64,000 nt of DNA, taken from a candidate division WOR-3 bacterium (GTDB lineage: Bacteria > Hydrothermota > Tepidihabitantia > SM23-42 > JAOAFX01). Under the pieces are notes generated by a model. It was not told the origin of the DNA. It did no database searches and was given only the letters and a program-made list of their open reading frames with translations. Below, piece by piece: positions 1 to 8,451 of the stretch (its first letter is position 1; the number at the start of each line of letters is the position of its first letter). The translations under genes and the position numbers were made by a program. The DNA is taken from positions 18,073-82,072 of the forward strand of contig JBBILZ010000003.1 in NCBI GenBank assembly GCA_037444665.1, written 5' to 3'.

Positions 1-2170
1 TAAGTTTCACTCCAGTTTCACCAAAGAAAGAAAATTTCTCAACATTTAAGAGAAGATTAAAAATGGTGGCATCATCGCAGATTACAGTAGATTTGTCTTT
101 GCTTTTTATCTTTGAATAAAAATTTGATTCCCGCACGAGCATTCCTGTGAGATCAAAATCACCAAAGGCATTGCGGTCTAAATAGACCTCCCTGGGATAC
201 TCACCCGATGCAATCCCCACGCCAATCTGAAATATAGATTGATATAAAGGGGGCAAAGTAGCATAGGTTATCCCCTCAAAATTTATCTTTCTATCCTCGG
301 CTTCTTTAAACCAATCTTTATAATGCTCAATATTCTCCTGGACAAAATTGATTGACTCCCGCACCATTTCCAGACCACAGCGTACCGCATTAAGGGTGCT
401 ACCGGCCGCGGGTATTTTGGTCTTCTGATTCTTCAATTCATAATTATTGCTGGCAAAAAGAATAATCCCGCCATCACCGGTATCTTTTACTGGCAGACCT
501 CCGAATTTTTCAATAATGGTCAGCATGCTTTCCTGAAAAAGATTTCTTATTTCATTTTCCTTTGCGGCATTCTGTAATTTTGTTCCCATCAGAGTAGAAC
601 CTCTTATATCATAGGTCAGAACTGAAATTAAATTTTTATATCGCTGAATATTTAATCCTGAAGGCGCTTCAATTCTGGTAATGGAACTGATATCCTTCTC
701 CACCATTGATACCCTGCCATTCATTGATTCTTCAGCAATATAGCGTATATTTTCAGGTGCTGGCGTCCCGGTGACTTTTGGATAATAATCAACCATCTCT
801 TCTAAAAGAACTGATTTTAAAAATGGTTCAAATATATTTTTCACAACATTCTCAAATCTGTTCATTATTTCAGTAGTATTATAGCGCTCTTTTAAAAAAC
901 CAGGGATGCGCAGGTCATTGAGCTTATTAACAAATTCTTTATTACCCTTTATTTCATTAATCACATCCTTGATGAGGTTCTGAAATGTCTCTTCATCTAT
1001 TGACTTTTTCTCGCCAACCATAAACAGAAGATATGGGTCCCATTCATTTTTCACGATAAATTTTAAAAAATCTGCGGGCTTCAATTTCAATATGCCTTCC
1101 ATTTCACTTTCCTGCCTTTGGTATTCCTGATATTCAGTGCGTAATTTTCTCATATCATAACCAAGGGATATTAAGTTACGCCGTAATTTTTTTATCTGAA
1201 TATCCAGTGCCTCCTCAGTTGAAAAATCACGGGTTATTTTGACCATCTCCTCACCCAGACTACGATTGGTTTCAATAATTTTATTCTCAATCTGATTTAA
1301 TTGATTCTCTAACACCTCTTTTCTCTTTTTTATTTCAGCACATAATCCACGCGCAGCATTTTGAATAACGGTAAAAACCTGTAGCACGCCTTCTTCATCA
1401 GGAAAGAAAAATTGACTGCGCATTACCTCCATAACTTTTTCCCGATTGAATGATTTACCAAGTGATTTAATATTATCAATAAGATTCTGTAACCCTTCGG
1501 TGTAAGTAGTATTTAAAAGAAATTTTAAAATTGCAGAAAATAGAGGCTCGGGCAAACCTTCCTGTAAAATCATCCTTGCCATCATTTTCGTAATTTCTGA
1601 CCGTGTTACTTTAGGGAATAAAGGAATTTTTTCATAAGAATCAACAATCAGACGGTCTTGCACCATAACATTCCTGGTAAGGGAACGCCTTATATAATTG
1701 AACAATTGGTTGATAACGACTCCGAATCTCTCTGCGATCAGTGCTTTGTCATCAATCGTTCTATGGGCAACTTCTTTTGTAAGAATATCTCTTAATAGTT
1801 TGCGATTTACTATCTCAAAAATAAAAATTTTAAAAACATCAGCCTGGGTAAATCTTTTGTAAATTTCAAAAAGGGTATTACTATAACGTTCAAAAAATTC
1901 ATCCCATTTACTGATCATTGATTCATCTTTAAGGAATTTTAAATAATTTGATACAAATTCTTCCTGGAGACTGAAGATTTTTCTCCCTAAAAAGACAAGT
2001 TCTTTACCCTCTTTTTCTTCAAAATGTTTCAGGATTGGGTCATTATTAGAAATCTTTTTCAGCACCAGGAGATAACGCTGGAAATTTAATGAATCGCGAT
2101 AAACTTTATTGAGTTTCTGATAATAGGGTGTCTGGGTAATTAAGATCTCTTCAAATTCATTTCTTAGCAT
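1..2170 (-). CDS. Class III nucleotidyl (adenylate/guanylate) cyclase domain protein; C-terminus cut by window edge
   Basis: No ORF is listed for 1..2156 because one minus-strand frame stays open to the window edge. Hand translation from ATG 2170..2168 gives MLRNEFEEILITQTPYYQKLNKVYRD... Near the edge it reads ...ISVLTYDIRGSTLMGTKLQN...FGGLPVKDTGDGGIILFASNN... These match the (F/Y)xDIxGxT metal-binding strand and KxxGDG motif of class III cyclase catalytic domains. The start overlaps the mltG stop by 14 nt. Confidence 0.6.
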   Translation of the reverse strand, partial: MLRNEFEEILITQTPYYQKLNKVYRDSLNFQRYLLVLKKISNNDPILKHFEEKEGKELVFLGRKIFSLQEEFVSNYLKFLKDESMISKWDEFFERYSNTLFEIYKRFTQADVFKIFIFEIVNRKLLRDILTKEVAHRTIDDKALIAERFGVVINQLFNYIRRSLTRNVMVQDRLIVDSYEKIPLFPKVTRSEITKMMARMILQEGLPEPLFSAILKFLLNTTYTEGLQNLIDNIKSLGKSFNREKVMEVMRSQFFFPDEEGVLQVFTVIQNAARGLCAEIKKRKEVLENQLNQIENKIIETNRSLGEEMVKITRDFSTEEALDIQIKKLRRNLISLGYDMRKLRTEYQEYQRQESEMEGILKLKPADFLKFIVKNEWDPYLLFMVGEKKSIDEETFQNLIKDVINEIKGNKEFVNKLNDLRIPGFLKERYNTTEIMNRFENVVKNIFEPFLKSVLLEEMVDYYPKVTGTPAPENIRYIAEESMNGRVSMVEKDISSITRIEAPSGLNIQRYKNLISVLTYDIRGSTLMGTKLQNAAKENEIRNLFQESMLTIIEKFGGLPVKDTGDGGIILFASNNYELKNQKTKIPAAGSTLNAVRCGLEMVRESINFVQENIEHYKDWFKEAEDRKINFEGITYATLPPLYQSIFQIGVGIASGEYPREVYLDRNAFGDFDLTGMLVRESNFYSKIKSKDKSTVICDDATIFNLLLNVEKFSFFGETGVKL

Positions 2171-3125
2171 TGTAATACTCCTGGGCAGCAAGATGTTCTT
2201 TATAGGTTCTTGAAAAATGGTGATAACCATCACCGCGGGAAACAAAATAAAGATAGTCAACATCTGCTGGATATAATGCTGATTTTATTGAGCTCAATCC
2301 TGGTGAACAGATTGGGCCTGGCGGTAAACCATAGTGGAGGTATGTATTATAGGGCGAATCAATTTTCAGGTCGTTTTTTAGAATATAGGTAATTGTAAGG
2401 TGCGGGTCTTTTAATTTTTTGGCGTAAATCACGGTAGCGCAGGATTCAAGCGGACGTCCCAATTTTAATCGGTTAAAGAAAACACGGGCAATAATGGGTC
2501 GCTCTTCATCATGACGGGCCTCTTTTTCCACCAATGAAGCCATAATTATTATCGTTTGTAAAGAATCTACGGGTATCGTGGTAATTTTTTTTAAATGCAT
2601 TTTTAAATTTTCTACCATTTTGCTGATAATCTTTGCATCACCTTCATCTTCATCAAAGGCATAAGTATCAGGAAAAAGATAGCCTTCCAGAGATGGAACA
2701 TTCAATCCCAAATTTTTTATAAAATTTCTGTTATTACACAATTCAAGGAATCTTTCCTGGTCTTTAACTATGTTCTTTGCATACAAAATTTCAGCAATCT
2801 CTTTTAAGGTAAGTCCTTCAGGAACGGTTATTGTGATATCGCTCCTTCCACCCTGCACAAGTTTTTGAATAACATAGACCGGATTTTTGTAAATTGGTAA
2901 TTGGAACCTTCCTGAACGAATAGAACCTTCTTTACCTAAAATCTTCAACCAGAATAAGAATTCAGTAGTTGCACGCACAACCTTTTCTTTTGCTAAAATA
3001 TTTGCGATCTCACGGGCAGAAGCATTTTTCGGAATATTGACTTCTCTCGTTCCGATATTAAAAGGTTGCAACCAGCATAAAAAAATCATGCCCAAAATTA
3101 TTAAAAGATAGATAATCTTACGCAT
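2157..3125 (-). CDS. mltG: Endolytic murein transglycosylase MltG (YceG-like)
   Basis: 322 aa with an N-terminal TM anchor. YceG hallmarks are present: ...IIMASLVEKEARHDEERP..., LESCATVIYA, DSPYNTYLHYGLPPGPICSPG, DYLYFVSRGDGYHHFSRTYKEH. Confidence 0.9.
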   Translation of the reverse strand: MRKIIYLLIILGMIFLCWLQPFNIGTREVNIPKNASAREIANILAKEKVVRATTEFLFWLKILGKEGSIRSGRFQLPIYKNPVYVIQKLVQGGRSDITITVPEGLTLKEIAEILYAKNIVKDQERFLELCNNRNFIKNLGLNVPSLEGYLFPDTYAFDEDEGDAKIISKMVENLKMHLKKITTIPVDSLQTIIIMASLVEKEARHDEERPIIARVFFNRLKLGRPLESCATVIYAKKLKDPHLTITYILKNDLKIDSPYNTYLHYGLPPGPICSPGLSSIKSALYPADVDYLYFVSRGDGYHHFSRTYKEHLAAQEYYNAKK

Positions 3126-3129
3126 AAAA

Positions 3130-3558
3130 TCAACATTCTATCGGTTCAGATCCATTGGTTCTCTGTCTCAAATACTCCTCAAGCATCAAAGAGGCAGCAA
3201 TTTCATCCAAATTTTTCTTTTTTATACCATGGTCTTTTAATACTCTTAATGCATACTTGCTCGTAAATCTTTCGTCCCATAATTGAACCTCAATTTTTAA
3301 TGATTTTTTTAAATCTTTAACAAATCTGTTTATCTCCTCAGACATTTCATTTGTTCTGCCATCAAGTGAAACTGGATTACCAACAAGAATGAGTCCAACG
3401 CTATTCTGTTCACTAATAAACTTAAGTCGTTTGATAAGGTCTTTACGGGAATTATAAGTAATGGTCAGGTAGGGTTGAGCAATGATGCCCATTGGGTCGG
3501 TCAGGGCGATGCCGATTCGCATCTTACCATAATCCACTGCCATAATCTTCATAATCAT
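3130..3558 (-). CDS. ruvX: Putative pre-16S rRNA nuclease / Holliday junction resolvase-like RuvX (YqgF)
   Basis: N-terminus MKIMAVDYGKMRIGIALTD, then ...LILVGNPVSLDGR...WDERFTS... Typical YqgF size (~140 aa). Confidence 0.9.
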   Translation of the reverse strand: MIMKIMAVDYGKMRIGIALTDPMGIIAQPYLTITYNSRKDLIKRLKFISEQNSVGLILVGNPVSLDGRTNEMSEEINRFVKDLKKSLKIEVQLWDERFTSKYALRVLKDHGIKKKNLDEIAASLMLEEYLRQRTNGSEPIEC

Positions 3559-3648
3559 TCAAATTATAACTAATTTTTATTTATTGTCAACTATGATTGA
3601 CTTGAACTTTTTTTTATATATAATTAATCCACTTAAAAGGGGGTTTAA

Positions 3649-4269
3649 ATGAAACGACTTTTACTCGGTCTGGGTTGCATTGTGCTATTTTTTATTTGCT
3701 GTGGTGCACCTCAAGGACCCACATCTGGTGCTCAACAACAGGGCGTAAATATTGCTTTTAACACACTCAGTGAAACCGAGGTTCAACGTTTTATCAAAGT
3801 ATTACCGACCTTCATTGACATCGTGGAAAAAGAAGGACAGGATATTGAACTTGATGCAAAACCCGGTGATATGATGTCGGCATTCCAGGGAATGAGTATG
3901 TTGAATAAACAGATTGCTACGCTTGATGCCAGATTGAGCGCTGCAGGAATGGGCTGGAATGAATTCTGGCCTGCCTATGCAAAGACTATGATTGCCTATG
4001 CTGCAATCCTTCTGGACTCACTTAAAATTTCAGCCCAGCAGGAAATGGCAAAGAATGAAGCCGAGATTAAAAAGATGGAAGCAAAATTAAATGACCCCAA
4101 GATTTCTGAAGCCGAGAAACAGATGATTAAGGCATCCCTGGATGCAATGAAAGCAATGACCCAGGCATTCACTCAAATGGACACCATCTATGCAAAGGTT
4201 CCGCAAATGAATAAAGAGATTGTCAAGAAATACTTTAGTGAACTCAGCCGGATCCTGGAGCGTGATTAA
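3649..4269 (+). CDS. Hypothetical lipoprotein
   Basis: Signal peptide with a Cys lipobox-like end (LGCIVLFFICCGAP). Preceded by TTGACT-16-TATAAT and an AAGGGGG RBS. The rest is helical and Lys/Glu/Ala-rich, with no family I recognise. Confidence 0.6.
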   Translation: MKRLLLGLGCIVLFFICCGAPQGPTSGAQQQGVNIAFNTLSETEVQRFIKVLPTFIDIVEKEGQDIELDAKPGDMMSAFQGMSMLNKQIATLDARLSAAGMGWNEFWPAYAKTMIAYAAILLDSLKISAQQEMAKNEAEIKKMEAKLNDPKISEAEKQMIKASLDAMKAMTQAFTQMDTIYAKVPQMNKEIVKKYFSELSRILERD

Positions 4270-4270
4270 G

Positions 4271-6958
4271 TCAACGGCTTTGCAAATCTTTTAATAACAT
4301 CTGGGCACTTGTATCATAGGGATTAAACCTTAACCAGTCCTGCAAAATTCTTCTTGCTGAACTGGTATCACCGAGATCAAGATAAGTAATAATAAGGCCC
4401 ATATAACCAGAGGCATTGCGCGGATTTAGGCGCAATGCCTCTTGAAAATATTCTATTGCCCTTTGATAATCACCATTAGACCTGAATGATTCACCAATCT
4501 GAGTATAGATTTGAGGTTCATTGACCTTTATCCGTTTAAAATATTCTACTGCAGAATCTCGAATTTTTAACTGGTTAAAAATCATCCCAAGATTATAATA
4601 GAGCTTCCAGGTCTCAGGACCCAGAGATTCAAAGAGCAGGGCTAAACGCCAGGCATCTAAGGCACCTTCAAAATCATTATTATTCTTTTGGAGGAAGCCA
4701 AGATAGATCAATGCAATACCATAATTAAAATATAGTCCCCTTGTATTCTCATCCTTTAATGTTTCAAAGCCGAAAAACTCTCCCTCACCTTTTCTTTTTT
4801 CAAAATCCTCAAGTATTTTTGAAAGCATATCATATTTATCCGGTGAAAAAAATCCGGTATAGCGGTAAATGCGGTAAAATAAGTCCTGGGTTCTTTTGAC
4901 ATCAATGTGTTTTGGAAATGGTATGCTATCTCCGGTCACGCGGTAAACTATACCTTCTATTTTTAGATAGGACTCAAATCCTTGATAATTTTCATGGTCT
5001 ACAGTAGAAGAAAAATACAATGGAACCTTACCTTGATAATTTTTAAGGTATTTCTGAGCAAACTCTTCAGGTTTAATAAAATAATCCTGGCTACTTAATC
5101 TCTTACCGGCATTACCCGCAATGATATCGCGAATCATTATATCTTTTACCAGCATAACCCTGTTATCAGGTGTCACAAAATAACCCTGATTACACAACTT
5201 TTTAATTGTCGCAGTATCAAAACTTATGGGTACACCCCAGTATTTTAAATGGCGGATATACCAGTCAGTATTGATCAGTGAAAGATTTGCTACAATCACA
5301 TCCCGACGCACACCTAAAACTTCCTGAACATACCACAGAGGGAATGTATCATTATCGCCATTGGTAAATAAAATTCCATTGGGTGCGCAAGAAATTAACA
5401 GATTATAACCATAATCGCGGGGAATAAAATTTTTATAACGGCTGATAAGAGTGTGGTTGAAAAATATGGGAACAATTGAATATATGGTCAAACCTGGAAT
5501 ACACAAGAATATAATATTTCTCTTTTTTATATGGTCTAAAAGTCCGAGAATTCCAAATGAAATAAAGAGTCCTGCATATAAAAAACTTGTATGGAAAAAA
5601 TAATCACGTTCCCTGACCTCTCTTGGTTGATGTGATGGGTCAGAGTCAGAAGGAGAAAATTTCAGGTTCAAATAACCTACCACACCAATTGAAACAAAAA
5701 ACATAATCAGGATAAGTAAAATAAATAAATTTCGTTCCCTTTTATAGAATTCAAATATCCCATAAAAAAACAAAAGGTAAAAAATTAAAAGAAGAAATAA
5801 CCTTAAAAGACCATTTAAATATTCGGGCGCAATTTGTTGAGAAAGATAGCGGACATAGAGTGCAATCTGGTAAAAAACACCCTGGACTAAATTTGCACCC
5901 TGTGCCTGGGTCTGTCTTGGTATAATTTTCTGCACACCATATTGAGAACGATGGAGCACACCAAAAAAAGAAGTGATTGATTCACCGGGTTCATTCATAT
6001 TGATCCGCGGTGCAATGTTCTTTCCTTTAAGGTACTGCTCAGTTATAACCTTATCTTGATACATCTCAGTAAGTCTTCTTGATCTCAAAGGAAGGTATAA
6101 TTGAGAGCTCAAACCAACAAAGACAAGAGCCATGCCAGTCCAGAAAAATATTCGCTCGCTCCTGGTTGTTGAGCCATTTAATGATAAAATTATTGCTGAA
6201 ACAATAATTAAAATAAGAATAATCAGTGCAATAGTAAGGAGATTATCCGGCAGCAGGAACATATAGGCAAAAATGCAAATCTGAAAGATACCGAATAATA
6301 CAAATAGTCTGTCTTTCAAAAAATCTTTTTTGACAACAAAGATAAATATATATATCGGAATAAGAATCAAAAAGGGGACAAGGTGAATACCTGTCGCAAG
6401 GAAGATTAAATAAAAACTGAGCAGAAGAAGAAAATTATTTGGTTGGTTCTTCTTTATTCCCTCATACCAGCGAATTACCAGATAATTTATCAGGACAAAA
6501 ATAAAACTTGCTGCTGCATAAACCTCTGTTTCTACTGCATTCTGCCAGATTGTAAAGTAAAAAGGTATTGTCAGGGCAGTGAGTGAAGCAGACCAGATAC
6601 CTTTATAATTTAAACCATTTTTGCTCAAGGATATTATTGTCAAGAAAATCTTATAAATAAAAAATATTGAACCCAGTGAAAAAAATATTGCAAGCAAGTT
6701 CATTTGCCAGCCCACCTCTTTAGAGATCGGCAATATGCTTGCAATCACCCTGATAATTATCAACCAGACCCTGCCCAGCAACACATAAAATGGTGTGCCT
6801 GGTGGATGGGGGATTGCCAGGGTATATGATGAAGCAATAAATTCTCCACAATCCCAGAATGAGAATGTTGGTGCAACAGTGAATAAATATACAACCCCGG
6901 CAATCAAAAAAACAGCAACTATGAGTATATTCTTTAATTTATTTTCTAAAAATGCCAT
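4271..6958 (-). CDS. DUF2723 (TMEM260-like GT-C fold glycosyltransferase) membrane protein with C-terminal TPR repeats, paralog A
   Basis: N-terminal TVAPTFSFWDCGEFIASSYTLAIPHPPGTPFYVLLGRVW motif, many TM helices, the conserved NGDNDTFPLW...INTDWYIRHL block, and a TPR-like tail (...YFQEALRLNPRNASGY...). Confidence 0.8.
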   Translation of the reverse strand: MAFLENKLKNILIVAVFLIAGVVYLFTVAPTFSFWDCGEFIASSYTLAIPHPPGTPFYVLLGRVWLIIIRVIASILPISKEVGWQMNLLAIFFSLGSIFFIYKIFLTIISLSKNGLNYKGIWSASLTALTIPFYFTIWQNAVETEVYAAASFIFVLINYLVIRWYEGIKKNQPNNFLLLLSFYLIFLATGIHLVPFLILIPIYIFIFVVKKDFLKDRLFVLFGIFQICIFAYMFLLPDNLLTIALIILILIIVSAIILSLNGSTTRSERIFFWTGMALVFVGLSSQLYLPLRSRRLTEMYQDKVITEQYLKGKNIAPRINMNEPGESITSFFGVLHRSQYGVQKIIPRQTQAQGANLVQGVFYQIALYVRYLSQQIAPEYLNGLLRLFLLLIFYLLFFYGIFEFYKRERNLFILLILIMFFVSIGVVGYLNLKFSPSDSDPSHQPREVRERDYFFHTSFLYAGLFISFGILGLLDHIKKRNIIFLCIPGLTIYSIVPIFFNHTLISRYKNFIPRDYGYNLLISCAPNGILFTNGDNDTFPLWYVQEVLGVRRDVIVANLSLINTDWYIRHLKYWGVPISFDTATIKKLCNQGYFVTPDNRVMLVKDIMIRDIIAGNAGKRLSSQDYFIKPEEFAQKYLKNYQGKVPLYFSSTVDHENYQGFESYLKIEGIVYRVTGDSIPFPKHIDVKRTQDLFYRIYRYTGFFSPDKYDMLSKILEDFEKRKGEGEFFGFETLKDENTRGLYFNYGIALIYLGFLQKNNNDFEGALDAWRLALLFESLGPETWKLYYNLGMIFNQLKIRDSAVEYFKRIKVNEPQIYTQIGESFRSNGDYQRAIEYFQEALRLNPRNASGYMGLIITYLDLGDTSSARRILQDWLRFNPYDTSAQMLLKDLQSR

Positions 6959-7001
6959 TTACAAGATAGATGTCGGTTAATTAATAATGGGGCTAACCAT
7001 T

Positions 7002-7490
7002 TTATAGTCTATCAAGCTGGTCAAACCCCTGTTTGATTCGTTTATAAGTCTGTACCAGTGCCTCAGAAAGAACCTTTGTCTCGGTCAATACCGGCATAAA
7101 ATTTGTATCACCCTGCCAGCGTGGAACAAGATGGTAATGGATGTGGTCAATGAGCCCTGCACCGGCAACCCTTCCCAAATTTAGCCCAATATTAAAACCA
7201 TCCGGATGCATTGTTTGATTAAGTGCGTTGATTGCCCTGTTCAGCAAGCGGTGAATCGTGATAATTTCATCGTCATTTAGTCCCTCTACCAGACCAATAT
7301 GTCTTACCGGTGCAATCAGTAAATGGCCATTATTATAAGGATAACGATTCATTATTATAAAACCTAATTCCATTTTTTCAAGAATAAGAACCTCTTCTAA
7401 TTTTTTATTCTTCAAAGCTGAACAAAGAAAACATTCGCGGCCCGGATTGCGAATATACTCCATACGCCATGGCGCCCAGAGTTTTTCCAT
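7002..7490 (-). CDS. HIT (histidine triad) family nucleotide hydrolase/transferase
   Basis: Histidine triad HIHYHLVPRW, plus the N-terminal WAPWRMEYI...CFLC pattern seen in Ap4A-phosphorylase-like HIT proteins. Confidence 0.85.
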   Translation of the reverse strand: MEKLWAPWRMEYIRNPGRECFLCSALKNKKLEEVLILEKMELGFIIMNRYPYNNGHLLIAPVRHIGLVEGLNDDEIITIHRLLNRAINALNQTMHPDGFNIGLNLGRVAGAGLIDHIHYHLVPRWQGDTNFMPVLTETKVLSEALVQTYKRIKQGFDQLDRL

Positions 7491-7493
7491 AGG

Positions 7494-8450
7494 TTAACCA
7501 ATACGATATTTATTCAATTCACTATCTTTGACTGGGGCAACCATAACTTTACCGGTCTTTTTCTTTGCCTTGTACCACACCTCTACCTGAGGTTCATCCT
7601 TTTTATCACTATATCGTGCAATAATCTGTGCTGCAATATTTAAAAATTTTTTATCGCCATATAAAAGTCCATTGGGGCTGCCGGTCTCAGGCACATATAA
7701 TAAAAATACACCGGCATCACTAAATTTTTCAATCAAACTATTCTCCTCTTCATTCCGTCCCACAATCAGTTTCGTTTCTTCATTCAGTCTGAAATGGCGA
7801 CCTATTTTTAAAAGTGCAATATCAGTTTCAGTTATCTCCTCCTGAAATCGCATCAAATCAGCAAGCCTTCGCGAAAAGCCAGGGTCGGTTAATAAACAGC
7901 CTCCACCAGGCGTAAAAAATTCTGTAATATTTTTTTCCTGTGCCAATGCCAGGATCGGTCGTCTTGATTTTCCTTTAAATTTTAATAAATTCTCCTTTTT
8001 TATCAATCCATTCTTTTCGGGAATGGTTTGGGGTAAAAGCCCGCCACTCAAAGGCCTTACCACAAGTCCTTCCAGTCCTGCTTTCTTTTCAATTGTAATA
8101 AGCATTTCAATACGTTGCGAAAATGGACGCTGGTCAACCACCTCACCGGTTACGACAAAATCCGCTTTGCTCTCATCCATATATTCCTTTGCCTTTTTGA
8201 GCATTAATATTCTACAATCAACACAGGGATTAAGATGCTCACCAAATCCATATTTTGGTGAACGGATAATCTCTATCAATTCTTTGGTTACTTCAACAGT
8301 CTTTAATTTCATTTTCCGGGGCAGGGCTTTTGAGGGCAGGAACAGATGGCTAATATGTAAAGGAAGAACTTTAATGCGCCATTCTTTTACCAATTCCAGG
8401 GCAAGTGTAGAATCAAGCCCGCCTGAATATAATACCACTGCCTTTGCCAT
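7494..8450 (-). CDS. PP-loop ATP pyrophosphatase superfamily protein (ThiI/MnmA-like tRNA sulfurtransferase-type)
   Basis: PP-loop VVLYSGGLDST at the N-terminus, with conserved Cys motifs NPCVDCRILM and GGGCLLTDP. The exact subfamily is not resolved by eye. Confidence 0.6.
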   Translation of the reverse strand: MAKAVVLYSGGLDSTLALELVKEWRIKVLPLHISHLFLPSKALPRKMKLKTVEVTKELIEIIRSPKYGFGEHLNPCVDCRILMLKKAKEYMDESKADFVVTGEVVDQRPFSQRIEMLITIEKKAGLEGLVVRPLSGGLLPQTIPEKNGLIKKENLLKFKGKSRRPILALAQEKNITEFFTPGGGCLLTDPGFSRRLADLMRFQEEITETDIALLKIGRHFRLNEETKLIVGRNEEENSLIEKFSDAGVFLLYVPETGSPNGLLYGDKKFLNIAAQIIARYSDKKDEPQVEVWYKAKKKTGKVMVAPVKDSELNKYRIG

Positions 8451-8451
8451 A